Below are positions 19,057-29,632 of a DNA stretch of 64,000 bases, piece after piece (position 1 is the first letter of the stretch; each line of letters begins with the position of its first letter). The stretch comes from Bacteroidota bacterium. Lineage in GTDB: Bacteria > Bacteroidota > Bacteroidia > 2-12-FULL-35-15. The position numbers and the translations under genes were made by a program. A model generated the notes under the pieces. It had not been told where the DNA came from and searched no databases. It saw nothing but the letters and a program-made list of their open reading frames with translations. The DNA lies in the NCBI GenBank assembly GCA_029237775.1, contig JAQZBR010000009.1, positions 7,708-71,707 on the forward strand, read 5' to 3'.

Positions 19057-22000
19057 ATGGCAACAAAAAAATACTGGAAAGGATTAGAAGAACTTAACAA
19101 TAGTCCTGAGTTTGTTCAAAAAGCGAACAATGAGTTTGCAGAACAGCTGCCTGTAGAAAAATTACTTGGAGATAAGAATCTTGAGAACGATGGAACAAAC
19201 CGCAGGGATTTCCTTAAGTTCTTAGGTTTCAGCGTAACTGCAGCTTCTTTAGCGGCTTGCGAAACTCCTGTAAATAAAGCTATCCCTTACGTTGTAAAAC
19301 CGGATGATATTACTCCGGGTGTTGCTAACTGGTATGCTTCCACATATTTTGACGGAAACGATTACGCATCTGTAATTGTTAAAACCCGTGAAGGCCGCCC
19401 GATCAAGATCGAAGGTAATGAGCTTTCGAAGATCACAAGAGGCGGAACCAATGCGCGTGTTCAGGCATCGGTTCTTTCTTTATACGATTCATCAAGGTTA
19501 GCAGGCCCTACAATGGGCGGAAATGCTACAACCTGGACGACTGCAGATAAAGAAATCGGAGCGAAATTAGCTGCTATCTCTGCAAAAGGCGGTGCTATCC
19601 GTATCCTTTCTTCTACTATCATCAGCCCTTCCACTAAGGCTGTAATTGCTGACTTCACAGCAAAATATCCTACAACAAAACATGTTACCTACGATGCAGT
19701 TTCTTATTCCGGAATTGCTAAAGCGAACGCTCAGACCTTCGGACAGGAAGTAATTCCTTCATACAATTTTGATAAGGCTGAAGTGATCGTATCGATTGGA
19801 GCTGATTTCCTTGCAAACTGGCTTTCACCGATTGAATCCGCACATCAGTATGCGATGACACGTAAAGTCGGTAAGGACAAAAAGAAAATGTCGAGACATT
19901 ACCAGTTCGAGTCTATCTTATCTCTTACCGGTGCAAACGCTGATTACCGCTCTCCTGTTAAAGTTTCTGAGCATGGTAAGGTAGTAGTTAACTTATACAA
20001 TGCAGTTGCAAAAATTGTAGGAGGAAGTTCATTGTCTTCTTCTGCTTTAGCAGCGGATGCAATGATCGCGAAAGCAGCAAAAGATCTTACTGAGAGCAAA
20101 GGAAAATCAGTTGTAGTTTGCGGCTCGAACGATATGCATGTTCAGCTCGTTGTGAACGGTATCAACCAGATGCTTGATAACTATGGCAAGACCATCGATA
20201 TTGAAACACCAAACTATACCCGCCAGGGTGACGATGCAGCATTTGCAGCACTTGTTTCTGAAATGGCTTCAGGTAAAGTTGATGCGATCATCACATACAA
20301 TACAAACCCTGTTTACACTGCGCCTGCAGCTCTTAAATTTGCAGAGGCTTACAATAAGGTGGGATTAAGGATCTCTTTTGCCGACAGAGCTGACGAAACA
20401 GCTTCAATGGCTACACACATCTGTCCTGATCACAACTACCTTGAATCATGGAATGATTTCAATCCTAAAAAAGCACACTACAGCTTATCACAACCTACAA
20501 TATCTCCTCTTTTCAACACACGCCAGGCTCAGGAATCATTACTGAAGTGGAGCGGAAACAGCTTAGACTATCATACTTATCTTCAGAGAAACTGGATGGA
20601 CCGCGTTTTCCCAATGCAGGGAAAATTCATGGCATTCGGAGAATTCTGGAATAACTCATTACATGATGGTGCTATTGAAGTTGGGAAAGGTGATGCGATG
20701 GAGAACCACACATCTGCTGATACCGCAATGGTAGCAATGGCTGTGGCTGCTGAAAAAGCAAAAGCTCCTAAAAAAGAAGAAGCTCCTGCGGAAGAAAAAC
20801 CGGTTGCAAAAGTTGATCTTAATGACGCTGCTTCAAAGATCGCTGCAGTAAAAAGCACTTCTGAATTCGAATTAGCATTATACGAAAAAGTTGGAATCGG
20901 TAACGGTAACCAGGCGAACAATCCTTGGCTGCAGGAATTACCTGATCCTATCACTAAATTAACATGGGATAACTATGTTACTATGTCGCCATTGGACATG
21001 GAAGGCAAATATGACCTGATGGAACGTCAGGACAGAGATGCAAGTGTTGTAAACGTTACAGTAAACGGAACAACAATCAAATTACCTGTTGTACCACAAC
21101 CCGGACAAGCACGCGGAACCATCGGTATCGCTGTAGGTTACGGAAGGGATAAAGCAGGTGCATTAAGCATGAGAACTGGTTCAGTGATCGGACAAAATGC
21201 ATATCAGTTCGTTCAGTTAATGAACGGAACAATGATGTACGGAGCTCTTGATGCAAGAGTTGAAAGCGCGAACGAAATGGTTGCAATGGCGGGAACTCAG
21301 GTTCACCACACATTAATGGGCCGTGAGATCGTTAAAGAAACAGTTCTTTCAGAATACGTAAAAGATCCGAAAGCAGGTAATGAAGATGAAATGCTTGTTA
21401 CACATTCCGGAAAAGTGAAGATGGCTGAAGTGGATCTTTGGGATTCATTTGACCGTCCCGGACATAAGTGGGGAATGACGATCGATCTTAACTCATGTAT
21501 CGGTTGCGGATCTTGTGTTGTGAGCTGTACAGCAGAGAATAACGTTGCAGTAGTAGGAAAAGATCAGGTAATGAAAACACGTGAGATGCACTGGTTGCGC
21601 ATCGACCGTTACTATACAACAAACTGGCCTAACAAAGGAAAAGAAGCAAAAGAAAAAGCACACGAAGATGGCGTTGGCGCTATCGACATGTACCTTGATA
21701 TGGAAAATCCGGAGGCATCGAATCCGAAAGTTGTTTTCCAACCGATGCTTTGTCAGCACTGTAACCACGCGCCTTGCGAGAATGTTTGCCCTGTATTGGC
21801 AACCAACCACAGCTCTGACGGATTGAACCAGATGACATATAACCGTTGCGTAGGTACTCGTTACTGCGCTAACAACTGTCCTTATAAAGTTAGACGTTTC
21901 AACTGGTTTAACTACAACGCTAACAGCGATTTCACATTCAACCCTTCACAGGATGACCTTGGACGTATGGTGTTAAACCCTGACGTAGTTGTTCGTTCAC

Positions 22001-22329
22001 GCGGTGTAATGGAAAAATGCTCAATGTGTGTTCAACGTATCCAGGGTGGTAAGCTTGATGCAAAAAAAGCTGAGCGTAAACTGAAGGATGGCGAGATCAA
22101 AACTGCTTGTCAGCAATCTTGTCCTACAAACGCGATCATCTTCGGAGATCTTAACGATGAAGAAAGCGCTGTAACGAAGCTTAGAAAAGAAGACGAACGT
22201 AACTTCTATGTTCTGGAAGAGATCGGAACGAAGCCGGCTATATCTTACTTAACCAAAGTGAGAAACTGCGAAGAGGCTGAGTTCAATCACGAGCAAAAAG
22301 CAGTGGAGAAAGAAAAGGAACACGCATAA
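19057..22329 (+). CDS. actB: Alternative complex III subunit ActB (molybdopterin-oxidoreductase-like domain fused to 4Fe-4S ferredoxin domain), Tat-exported
   Basis: 1090 aa. Twin-arginine motif NRRDFLKFLG. C-terminal Cys clusters CIGCGSCVVSC, CQHCNHAPCENVCP, CVGTRYCANNCP typical of PsrB/ActB. Confidence 0.9.
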   Translation: MATKKYWKGLEELNNSPEFVQKANNEFAEQLPVEKLLGDKNLENDGTNRRDFLKFLGFSVTAASLAACETPVNKAIPYVVKPDDITPGVANWYASTYFDGNDYASVIVKTREGRPIKIEGNELSKITRGGTNARVQASVLSLYDSSRLAGPTMGGNATTWTTADKEIGAKLAAISAKGGAIRILSSTIISPSTKAVIADFTAKYPTTKHVTYDAVSYSGIAKANAQTFGQEVIPSYNFDKAEVIVSIGADFLANWLSPIESAHQYAMTRKVGKDKKKMSRHYQFESILSLTGANADYRSPVKVSEHGKVVVNLYNAVAKIVGGSSLSSSALAADAMIAKAAKDLTESKGKSVVVCGSNDMHVQLVVNGINQMLDNYGKTIDIETPNYTRQGDDAAFAALVSEMASGKVDAIITYNTNPVYTAPAALKFAEAYNKVGLRISFADRADETASMATHICPDHNYLESWNDFNPKKAHYSLSQPTISPLFNTRQAQESLLKWSGNSLDYHTYLQRNWMDRVFPMQGKFMAFGEFWNNSLHDGAIEVGKGDAMENHTSADTAMVAMAVAAEKAKAPKKEEAPAEEKPVAKVDLNDAASKIAAVKSTSEFELALYEKVGIGNGNQANNPWLQELPDPITKLTWDNYVTMSPLDMEGKYDLMERQDRDASVVNVTVNGTTIKLPVVPQPGQARGTIGIAVGYGRDKAGALSMRTGSVIGQNAYQFVQLMNGTMMYGALDARVESANEMVAMAGTQVHHTLMGREIVKETVLSEYVKDPKAGNEDEMLVTHSGKVKMAEVDLWDSFDRPGHKWGMTIDLNSCIGCGSCVVSCTAENNVAVVGKDQVMKTREMHWLRIDRYYTTNWPNKGKEAKEKAHEDGVGAIDMYLDMENPEASNPKVVFQPMLCQHCNHAPCENVCPVLATNHSSDGLNQMTYNRCVGTRYCANNCPYKVRRFNWFNYNANSDFTFNPSQDDLGRMVLNPDVVVRSRGVMEKCSMCVQRIQGGKLDAKKAERKLKDGEIKTACQQSCPTNAIIFGDLNDEESAVTKLRKEDERNFYVLEEIGTKPAISYLTKVRNCEEAEFNHEQKAVEKEKEHA

Positions 22330-22419
22330 GTAAATTAGAGAAATAGAGAATTGCAGAAATGGAGAATTAAAATCCGCAATTCTATAAATCAACAAATCAA
22401 CAAATCGTAATTAAAGAAT

Positions 22420-23850
22420 ATGCAGCACGAATCGGAAATCAGAGAGCCGTTAATCCTTGGAAAAAAGTCGTATCATCAGGTAACTGAAGATATCGTAAGA
22501 CCAATTGAGGGCAAAGCTTCAAAGTATTGGTACATGCTACTTACAGCATCTATTATCTGCTTCATCTGGGGTATCGGATGTTTGTGTTACACGATCGGTA
22601 CAGGTATCGGGGTTTGGGGTTCAAACAACGGTGTTGACTGGGCATGGGACATTACCAACTTCGTATGGTGGATCGGTATCGGACACGCTGGTACTCTTAT
22701 TTCTGCGGTGCTTTTATTATTCCGTCAGAAATGGAGAATGGCGATCAACCGTTCAGCTGAGGCGATGACGATCTTTGCCGTAATGTGCGCTGCCATCTTC
22801 GTATTATTACATACAGGCCGTCCATGGTTAGATTATTGGTTATTTCCATTGCCAAATCAATTCGGATCTCTTTGGGTGAACTTTAACTCACCGTTAATGT
22901 GGGACGTTTTCGCGGTATCAACTTACTTCTCTGTTTCTCTTGTATTCTGGTACACAGGACTTATCCCTGATTTCGCGATGATCCGCGACAGAGCAGTGAA
23001 GCCATTTGCAAAGAAAATGTATGGCATCATGAGCTTCGGCTGGGGTGGAAGTGCGCGTCACTGGCACCGTTTCGAAGAGGTATCTCTTGTACTTGCTGGT
23101 TTATCTACTCCACTTGTATTCTCGGTTCACTCGATCGTATCCACCGACTTTGCTACATCAGTAGTACCGGGCTGGCACACGACTATCTTCCCTCCTTACT
23201 TCGTTGCAGGAGCTGTATTCTCAGGTTTCGCAATGGTATTGACACTGTTGTTGATCATGCGTAAGATCTACAACCTGGAGAACTACATCACTATCAAGCA
23301 CATCGAATACATGAACATTGTAATCATCGTTACAGGTTCTATCGTAGGTGTTGCTTACTTAACAGAGCTTTTCATTTCATGGTATTCAGGAGTTGAATAT
23401 GAGCAGTATGCATTCCTTAACCGTGCGACAGGACCATACTGGTGGGCTTATGCAGCCATGATGACCTGCAACGTAATTTCTCCGCAGTTATTCTGGTCGA
23501 AGAAATTAAGAACGAACTTAATGTTCACATTCGTAATGTCGATCATTGTAAACATCGGTATGTGGTTCGAGCGTTTCGTAATTATCGTTCCAACATTATG
23601 CCGTACTTACCTTCCATCAACATGGAATATGTACTCACCTACTTTCGTTGATATCGGGATCTACACAGGAACGATCGGAATGTTCTTCACATTCTTCCTT
23701 CTGTTCACGCGTTACTTCCCTGTTATCGCGCAGGCAGAGTTAAAGTCTATCATGAAGTCATCCGGACAGGAATACAAAGAGAGACATGCAGCACATGGCA
23801 ATGCTCATCCTGATGCAGGACACGGACATGGCGGACATGAAGCACACTAA
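22420..23850 (+). CDS. actC: Alternative complex III subunit ActC (NrfD/PsrC-like polytopic quinol-interacting membrane subunit)
   Basis: 476 aa, about 10 TM helices. Position in the act operon. His-rich C-terminus HAAHGNAHPDAGHGHGGHEAH. Confidence 0.85.
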   Translation: MQHESEIREPLILGKKSYHQVTEDIVRPIEGKASKYWYMLLTASIICFIWGIGCLCYTIGTGIGVWGSNNGVDWAWDITNFVWWIGIGHAGTLISAVLLLFRQKWRMAINRSAEAMTIFAVMCAAIFVLLHTGRPWLDYWLFPLPNQFGSLWVNFNSPLMWDVFAVSTYFSVSLVFWYTGLIPDFAMIRDRAVKPFAKKMYGIMSFGWGGSARHWHRFEEVSLVLAGLSTPLVFSVHSIVSTDFATSVVPGWHTTIFPPYFVAGAVFSGFAMVLTLLLIMRKIYNLENYITIKHIEYMNIVIIVTGSIVGVAYLTELFISWYSGVEYEQYAFLNRATGPYWWAYAAMMTCNVISPQLFWSKKLRTNLMFTFVMSIIVNIGMWFERFVIIVPTLCRTYLPSTWNMYSPTFVDIGIYTGTIGMFFTFFLLFTRYFPVIAQAELKSIMKSSGQEYKERHAAHGNAHPDAGHGHGGHEAH

Positions 23851-23893
23851 TTAAAAACAAAAAGACACTGATTCAGAATTAAAATAATAAGAT

Positions 23894-24412
23894 ATGAGCA
23901 AAGTAGTAATACATGCAATTTATGATGATGAAGAGCCATTGTTGGCGAGTGCAAAAAGCATTCGTTCAAATGGGATCAGAATAGTTAACGCTTTCACTCC
24001 ATTCCCTGTTCACGGTTTGGATGCTGCTATTGGCGTACCAAGAACACGCATCGCAATCTGCGCATTCATCTATGGATTAACAGGAGCATCACTTGCTACA
24101 TTAATGATGTGGTACATGATGATCGGTGACTGGCCAACTGATGTTGGTGGAAAACCAAGCTTCTCCTATTACATGAACATGCCTGCTTTTATTCCTATCA
24201 CTTTCGAGTCGACTGTACTTTGTGCAGCACACGGAATGGCGATCACCTTCTTCTTAAGAAGCTGGCTGGTACCGGGAGCTAAAGCTAAAAATCCGGATCC
24301 TCGCACTACTGATGATAAGTTCATGATGGTGATCGAGACAAAGGAAGAAAACAAAATGAATGTTGAAGCTTTATTAAAAAGCACCGGAGCATCTGAAATT
24401 CATTACAAATAG
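23894..24412 (+). CDS. actD: Alternative complex III subunit ActD (DUF3341-type small membrane subunit)
   Basis: 172 aa, two hydrophobic segments. Synteny between actC and actE. Confidence 0.7.
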   Translation: MSKVVIHAIYDDEEPLLASAKSIRSNGIRIVNAFTPFPVHGLDAAIGVPRTRIAICAFIYGLTGASLATLMMWYMMIGDWPTDVGGKPSFSYYMNMPAFIPITFESTVLCAAHGMAITFFLRSWLVPGAKAKNPDPRTTDDKFMMVIETKEENKMNVEALLKSTGASEIHYK

Positions 24413-24479
24413 TATTTTTTATGCAGCCCGTTGCTATCGGGATGCAACCTAGTATAGATTCGTAATTTGTAACAACAAT

Positions 24480-25148
24480 ATGAACAAAAAGATAACAAAA
24501 GTAATTTCATTAATGGCGGTTTTTGGCTGTGTTGCCATAGCTTTCACCTCCTGTGGAAAACACGATGCAAACAGTCCTGGCGTAGAGTTCATGCCTGACA
24601 TGTATCGTTCACCTTCTTTAGAAAGCAATATGGCTTATGTGAAGATCGAGAACGGTAAGGAAACAGGCGATACTATGCAGGCTAACCGTATGCCGGTTGC
24701 TGGCACTATTCCACGCGGTTTTATGCCTTATGCATTCCCTGATTCACCGGAAGGAAATGAAGCTGCTAAAACAGGCGCAAAAAATCCCCTGCAAAAAAAT
24801 GAGAAGAATCTGAAAGATGGCGAAGTGCTGTACGGTAAGTTCTGTGTTCATTGCCATGGTGCAACAGGTATGGGCGATGGTGCTGTCGGCTTAAAATTAC
24901 CCGGAGCTCCTCCTGCATACACTGCTCCGGATAAGATCAACATGACTGAAGGAGAACTTTTCCAGATCATTACTTACGGAAAAGGATTGATGGGGCCTCA
25001 TGCACCATTGGTTAACCAGGAAGAAAGATGGAAACTTGTTCTTTATGTACAAAAGCTTCAGCATCCTAATGGTGTTGCTGCTCCTGCCGCTGCTGCTGAT
25101 TCAACTGCAACTGCTGCTGCACCAAAAGAAGAAGCAAAGAAAAAATAA
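24480..25148 (+). CDS. actE: Alternative complex III subunit ActE (mono-heme cytochrome c lipoprotein)
   Basis: Lipoprotein signal ...AIAFTSC. Single CVHCHG heme-binding motif. A/P-rich C-terminal tail. Confidence 0.75.
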   Translation: MNKKITKVISLMAVFGCVAIAFTSCGKHDANSPGVEFMPDMYRSPSLESNMAYVKIENGKETGDTMQANRMPVAGTIPRGFMPYAFPDSPEGNEAAKTGAKNPLQKNEKNLKDGEVLYGKFCVHCHGATGMGDGAVGLKLPGAPPAYTAPDKINMTEGELFQIITYGKGLMGPHAPLVNQEERWKLVLYVQKLQHPNGVAAPAAAADSTATAAAPKEEAKKK

Positions 25149-25196
25149 TTGTTGCGTAAAATTATATTCGGGAAATAAAGAAAAATTACAATTGAT

Positions 25197-26429
25197 ATGA
25201 CTAACCAAAACTATACGTTTACAAGCAGAACCAGGAACATCACTTTTGGTTTGATGGCTATAGGCTTGATCACACTTATTGCAGGATTTATGTTGGATAC
25301 TGCACCGGAAGGCGTAAATCATGATGAGTATCATCATTCACGCCTTTGGGCTAACCTGCTTCTAAACAGTTATTTCTACATGGGTATTGCCCTGCTTGCC
25401 ACTTTCTTCCTGGCCTTACAGTATGTTGCTGAGGTTGCTTGGTCTGTTGCTGTGAAGCGTGTTTTTGAAGCAGTATCAAGTTATTTACCGGTCGGAGCAA
25501 CCCTAATGTTCCTTGTATTATTAGCGGGACAACTTCAGGTTCACCATCTGTATCACTGGATGGATCCTTCAACCATCGATCCTGCATCCCCTCACTACGA
25601 TGAGATCATTGCCGGTAAACACGGTTATTTCACTCCTTGGTTCTTCTGGTTAAGAACAATTCTTTATCTTGGGGTATGGTGCTATTTCCAGCACCTTTTC
25701 GTGAAGCTTTCACATGAGCAGGATCTTGTAGGCGGGACGGGTATCCATTACAAAACAATGGGTAAAGCTGCTGTCTTCATGGTATTCTTCGCTGTAACAT
25801 CTTCTACTTCTGCATGGGATTGGTTAATGTCTCTTGATGTTCACTGGTTCAGTACAATGTATGGTTGGTATGCATTCTCCGGAATGTGGATCAGCGCAAT
25901 GATCACAATTACACTTGTTGTTCTTTATTTGAAGCGTAAAGGTTACCTAGAGCAGGTAAATGAAAGCCATATCCACGATCTTGGAAAATGGGTGTTCGCG
26001 GTAAGCTTCCTTTGGAGCTACCTCTGGTTCATGCAGTTCATGCTGATCTGGTACACAGATATTCCTGAAGAGATCATTTATTTCCAGGAGCGTTTACACG
26101 ATTTCGGATACATGAGTCTTATGTGGACAGTGTTCTTTATGAACTTCGCATTCCCAATGGTTCTGTTAATGAGCCGCGATGCAAAACGCAATTACTTCTT
26201 CCTGACGTTTGTTGGAGCGATCATCTTCATCGGCCACTGGCTGGATGTATTCATGATGGTAATGCCTGCAACCGTTAAAGGTAACTGGCACTTAGGCTGG
26301 ATGGAGATCGGTCTTGGGCTTGGTTTCCTCGGAGCATTGTTATTCATGATCCACAGAGCATTGGCAAAAGCACCATTGATGGTTCAGAAACATCCTTATC
26401 TTGATGAAACATTGCACCACAGTGTTTAA
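25197..26429 (+). CDS. actF: Alternative complex III subunit ActF (NrfD-like membrane subunit)
   Basis: 410 aa polytopic membrane protein completing the actABCDEF order. Confidence 0.75.
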   Translation: MTNQNYTFTSRTRNITFGLMAIGLITLIAGFMLDTAPEGVNHDEYHHSRLWANLLLNSYFYMGIALLATFFLALQYVAEVAWSVAVKRVFEAVSSYLPVGATLMFLVLLAGQLQVHHLYHWMDPSTIDPASPHYDEIIAGKHGYFTPWFFWLRTILYLGVWCYFQHLFVKLSHEQDLVGGTGIHYKTMGKAAVFMVFFAVTSSTSAWDWLMSLDVHWFSTMYGWYAFSGMWISAMITITLVVLYLKRKGYLEQVNESHIHDLGKWVFAVSFLWSYLWFMQFMLIWYTDIPEEIIYFQERLHDFGYMSLMWTVFFMNFAFPMVLLMSRDAKRNYFFLTFVGAIIFIGHWLDVFMMVMPATVKGNWHLGWMEIGLGLGFLGALLFMIHRALAKAPLMVQKHPYLDETLHHSV

Positions 26430-26504
26430 TTTTTGAAGAAGCGAAATAAAAAAATAATTATAATAACCCGGTTCATCTAAAGCCTGGATAAATTTAATAC
26501 TACT

Positions 26505-27683
26505 ATGATAAAGTTTTTAGTTTACGTTGCCATTATCCTGACAGTACTCGCAGTTGGATATTTAGTCCGTGTATTCGAGCTTGCATCTGCATTGAAAGGA
26601 AAAAAATCTGAAGAGGTTACGGAAAAAGATAATCGTACCATGGCTAAGATCATGCTCACCTTTCTTGTAGCTTTCTTTGCTTTCGTTATCTGGCAATTGA
26701 CAAACTACGGATGGAGAATGCTTCCGGAAGCTGCTTCAGTTCATGGTAAAGAGCTTGACTGGCTTTTTAACTTTAACATGGGTATTTTATGGTTTGTATT
26801 TACTGTAACACACATCCTTTTATTTTACTTCGCTTATAAATATTACGGAAGAGCCGGACAAAAAGCAACTTATTTTCCTCATGACAACCGTCTTGAAATG
26901 ATCTGGACAGTTATTCCTGCAATTGTTCTTGCCGTTATCGTTATCTACGGTATCAAAACATGGAACCACATCACCGCAGTGGCTGACCCAAATACACAGA
27001 TCATTGAGCTTTATTCTAAACAGTTCGACTGGACCGCTCGTTATGCCGGTGGCGACAATGTTCTTGGTGCATCAAACTACAAGCTGATCACAGCAACCAA
27101 CGATCTTGGTATGGATTCTACGAGCAAAGAAGGACAGGATGACATCGTTGTTAAAAATGAGCTTCACCTTGTTGTTAATAAAGAAGTTGAATTCAAGTTC
27201 AGATCTCGTGATGTTATTCACAGTGCTTTCTTCCCTCACTTCAGAGCTCAGATGAACACGGTTCCGGGAATGACAACAATGCTTCACTTCACCCCTACTA
27301 TTACTACTGCAGAAATGCGTCAGAAACCTGAAGTGATCAAGCAGTGGACCGACATTAACCGCCTGAGAAAAGAAAGAGGTGAGAAGCCGGAAGAGTTCAA
27401 TTACGTTTTATTATGTAACAAGATCTGCGGTAACTCCCACTATAATATGCAGATGACGATCATCGTAGAAACTCAGGCTGAATACGACAAATGGATCGCT
27501 TCTAAAAAACCATTCTATGCAGAAAAAGGGACACCTGCTCCAACTGAGAACAAACCTGCTGATATTAAAGAGTCGGAAGATGCTGCAGGTACTGCAGACG
27601 CTGCAAGAGATTCTATAAAAACCGGCAATGCACAGGAAGAAGAAGCGGCTGCAAGAAAATTAATTCAAGAAAAGAAAAATTAA
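26505..27683 (+). CDS. coxB: Cytochrome c oxidase subunit II (CuA centre, no fused cytochrome c domain)
   Basis: HSAFFPHFRAQMNTVPG and CuA ligands LLCNKICGNSHYNMQM (CxxxCGxxHxxM). N-terminal TM helices. Confidence 0.85.
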   Translation: MIKFLVYVAIILTVLAVGYLVRVFELASALKGKKSEEVTEKDNRTMAKIMLTFLVAFFAFVIWQLTNYGWRMLPEAASVHGKELDWLFNFNMGILWFVFTVTHILLFYFAYKYYGRAGQKATYFPHDNRLEMIWTVIPAIVLAVIVIYGIKTWNHITAVADPNTQIIELYSKQFDWTARYAGGDNVLGASNYKLITATNDLGMDSTSKEGQDDIVVKNELHLVVNKEVEFKFRSRDVIHSAFFPHFRAQMNTVPGMTTMLHFTPTITTAEMRQKPEVIKQWTDINRLRKERGEKPEEFNYVLLCNKICGNSHYNMQMTIIVETQAEYDKWIASKKPFYAEKGTPAPTENKPADIKESEDAAGTADAARDSIKTGNAQEEEAAARKLIQEKKN

Positions 27684-27708
27684 ATTAAACATCAATAAAG
27701 AAGATAAT

Positions 27709-29535
27709 ATGTCAATGGAGAATCACGGTCATCACGATAATCACGGAAGCCACGAACACCACGGTCACCACGATGAGCATCATCATGAAGAATCTTTTGT
27801 GAGTAAGTACATCTTTAGTATGGATCACAAAACCATCTCACGTCAGTTCTTAGTTACTGCCGTGATCATGGCAACATTTGCAATGATCATGTCAATGCTG
27901 TTCCGTTTGCAGCTCGCATGGCCTGAGGAAAAATTCGCTTTCATCAACTGGATCCTCGGAGACAAATGGGGTAAGGACGGAATCCTTGAGCCGGGAATGT
28001 ACATGGCACTTGTTACCATCCACGGAACTGTAATGGTCTTCATGGTATTAACAGGCGGACTAAGTGGTACTTTCTCCAACCTTCTGATCCCTTATCAGAT
28101 CGGTGCGCGTGATATGGCATCAGGGTTCATGAACATGCTTTCTTACTGGTTCTTCTTCCTTTCTAGTGCTGTGATGATGGCTTCTTTCTTTATAGAAACA
28201 GGCCCTGCATCAGGCGGATGGACAGTTTATCCTCCGTTAAGCGCTTTACCGCAGGCAATGGATGGTTCTAAATTAGGTATGACTTTCTGGTTAGTTTCAA
28301 TGACATTCTTCATTGTATCTTCATTACTTGGAGGTTTGAACTACATTATCACCATCATCAATTTACGTACGAAAGGTATGTCGATGACACGTCTTCCGCT
28401 TACGATCTGGGCATTCTTCGTAACAGCTATCCTTGGGGTTCTTTCTTTCCCCGTATTATTATCAGCTGCCTTACTTTTGATCTTCGACAGAAGCTTCGGA
28501 ACATCGTTCTACCTTTCCGATATTTATATCGGAGGACAGGCATTAGAGCAAACAGGTGGTTCTCCGATCCTTTACCAGCACTTATTCTGGTTTCTTGGTC
28601 ACCCGGAGGTTTACATCATCATCTTACCCGCACTTGGTTTAACTTCTGAGATCATTTCGGTAAATGCGCGTAAACCTATCTTCGGTTACCGTGCGATGAT
28701 CGGATCAATCATGGCGATTGGATTCCTATCCTTCATTGTTTGGGGTCACCACATGTTCATTACAGGTATGAACCCGTTCTTAGGTTCTGTATTCGTATTC
28801 ACTACATTATTGATCGCGATCCCATCTGCGGTTAAAGCGTTCAATTACATCACAACATTATGGAAAGGTAACATCCGCTTCACTCCTGCTATGTTGTTCG
28901 CGATCGGATTGGTATCTACCTTCATCTCCGGTGGTTTAACGGGTATCATCCTTGCGGATTCTGCACTTGATATTCCTATCCACGATACATATTTCGTTGT
29001 TGCCCACTTCCACATTGTAATGGGTGTATCTGCGATCCTGGGAATGCTTGCAGGTGTTTATCACTGGTTCCCGAAAATGTTCTTACGCCACATGAACAAG
29101 AAGCTTGGATATGTTCACTTCTGGCTGACATTCATTTCAGCTTACGGAGTGTTCTTCCCGATGCACTTCTTAGGGCTTGCCGGTGTACCACGTAGATATT
29201 ACAATAACACGGCATTCCCGATGTTCGATAACTTAGTTGACATCAACGTATTGATCACATGCTTCGCTATTCTTGGCGGACTTGCTCAGGTGTTATTCCT
29301 GTTCAACTTCTTCTATTCAATGTTCCGCGGAGCTAAATCAGAAGTTAACCCTTGGGGCTCCAACACGCTTGAGTGGACAACACCAATGGCGCAAACTCAT
29401 GGTAACTGGCCTGGTGCATTACCGGTAGTTCACCGTTGGCCATACGATTACAGCAAGCCTGGAAAAGATGCTGATTTCGTTATGCAGACTGTTCCTTTGA
29501 GCGAAGGGGAAGTTGATGGTGGCGGACATCATTAA
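27709..29535 (+). CDS. ctaD: Cytochrome c oxidase subunit I (heme-copper oxidase family A) with His-rich N-terminal extension
   Basis: GGWTVYPPL, WFFGHPEVYIIILPALG, HHMF, VAHFHIV signature segments. N-terminus MSMENHGHHDNHGSHEHHGHHDEHHHEE. Confidence 0.95.
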   Translation: MSMENHGHHDNHGSHEHHGHHDEHHHEESFVSKYIFSMDHKTISRQFLVTAVIMATFAMIMSMLFRLQLAWPEEKFAFINWILGDKWGKDGILEPGMYMALVTIHGTVMVFMVLTGGLSGTFSNLLIPYQIGARDMASGFMNMLSYWFFFLSSAVMMASFFIETGPASGGWTVYPPLSALPQAMDGSKLGMTFWLVSMTFFIVSSLLGGLNYIITIINLRTKGMSMTRLPLTIWAFFVTAILGVLSFPVLLSAALLLIFDRSFGTSFYLSDIYIGGQALEQTGGSPILYQHLFWFLGHPEVYIIILPALGLTSEIISVNARKPIFGYRAMIGSIMAIGFLSFIVWGHHMFITGMNPFLGSVFVFTTLLIAIPSAVKAFNYITTLWKGNIRFTPAMLFAIGLVSTFISGGLTGIILADSALDIPIHDTYFVVAHFHIVMGVSAILGMLAGVYHWFPKMFLRHMNKKLGYVHFWLTFISAYGVFFPMHFLGLAGVPRRYYNNTAFPMFDNLVDINVLITCFAILGGLAQVLFLFNFFYSMFRGAKSEVNPWGSNTLEWTTPMAQTHGNWPGALPVVHRWPYDYSKPGKDADFVMQTVPLSEGEVDGGGHH

Positions 29536-29566
29536 TACTAAGATCACGATACTACTATATAATAAA

Positions 29567-29598
29567 AAATCCCCGAACAATCGTTCGGGGATTTTCGC
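29567..29598 (+). terminator. Rho-independent terminator after the cox genes (aaatccccgaac / gttcggggattt, 12-bp stem, 4-nt loop, T-rich tail)
   Basis: Read directly, about 30 nt after the coxA stop. Confidence 0.65.
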
Positions 29599-29632
29599 TT
29601 TATAGAAAATATAACCAAAGAGCTCCTTATCT

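Noticed and set aside
22380-22410. Tandem repeat aatcaacaaatcaacaaatc before actC
   Set aside because: Two and a half copies of a 9-nt AT-rich unit in a 90-nt spacer. This is most likely simple sequence. The nearby agaattgc/gcaattct hairpin is mentioned under the ACIII finding instead.
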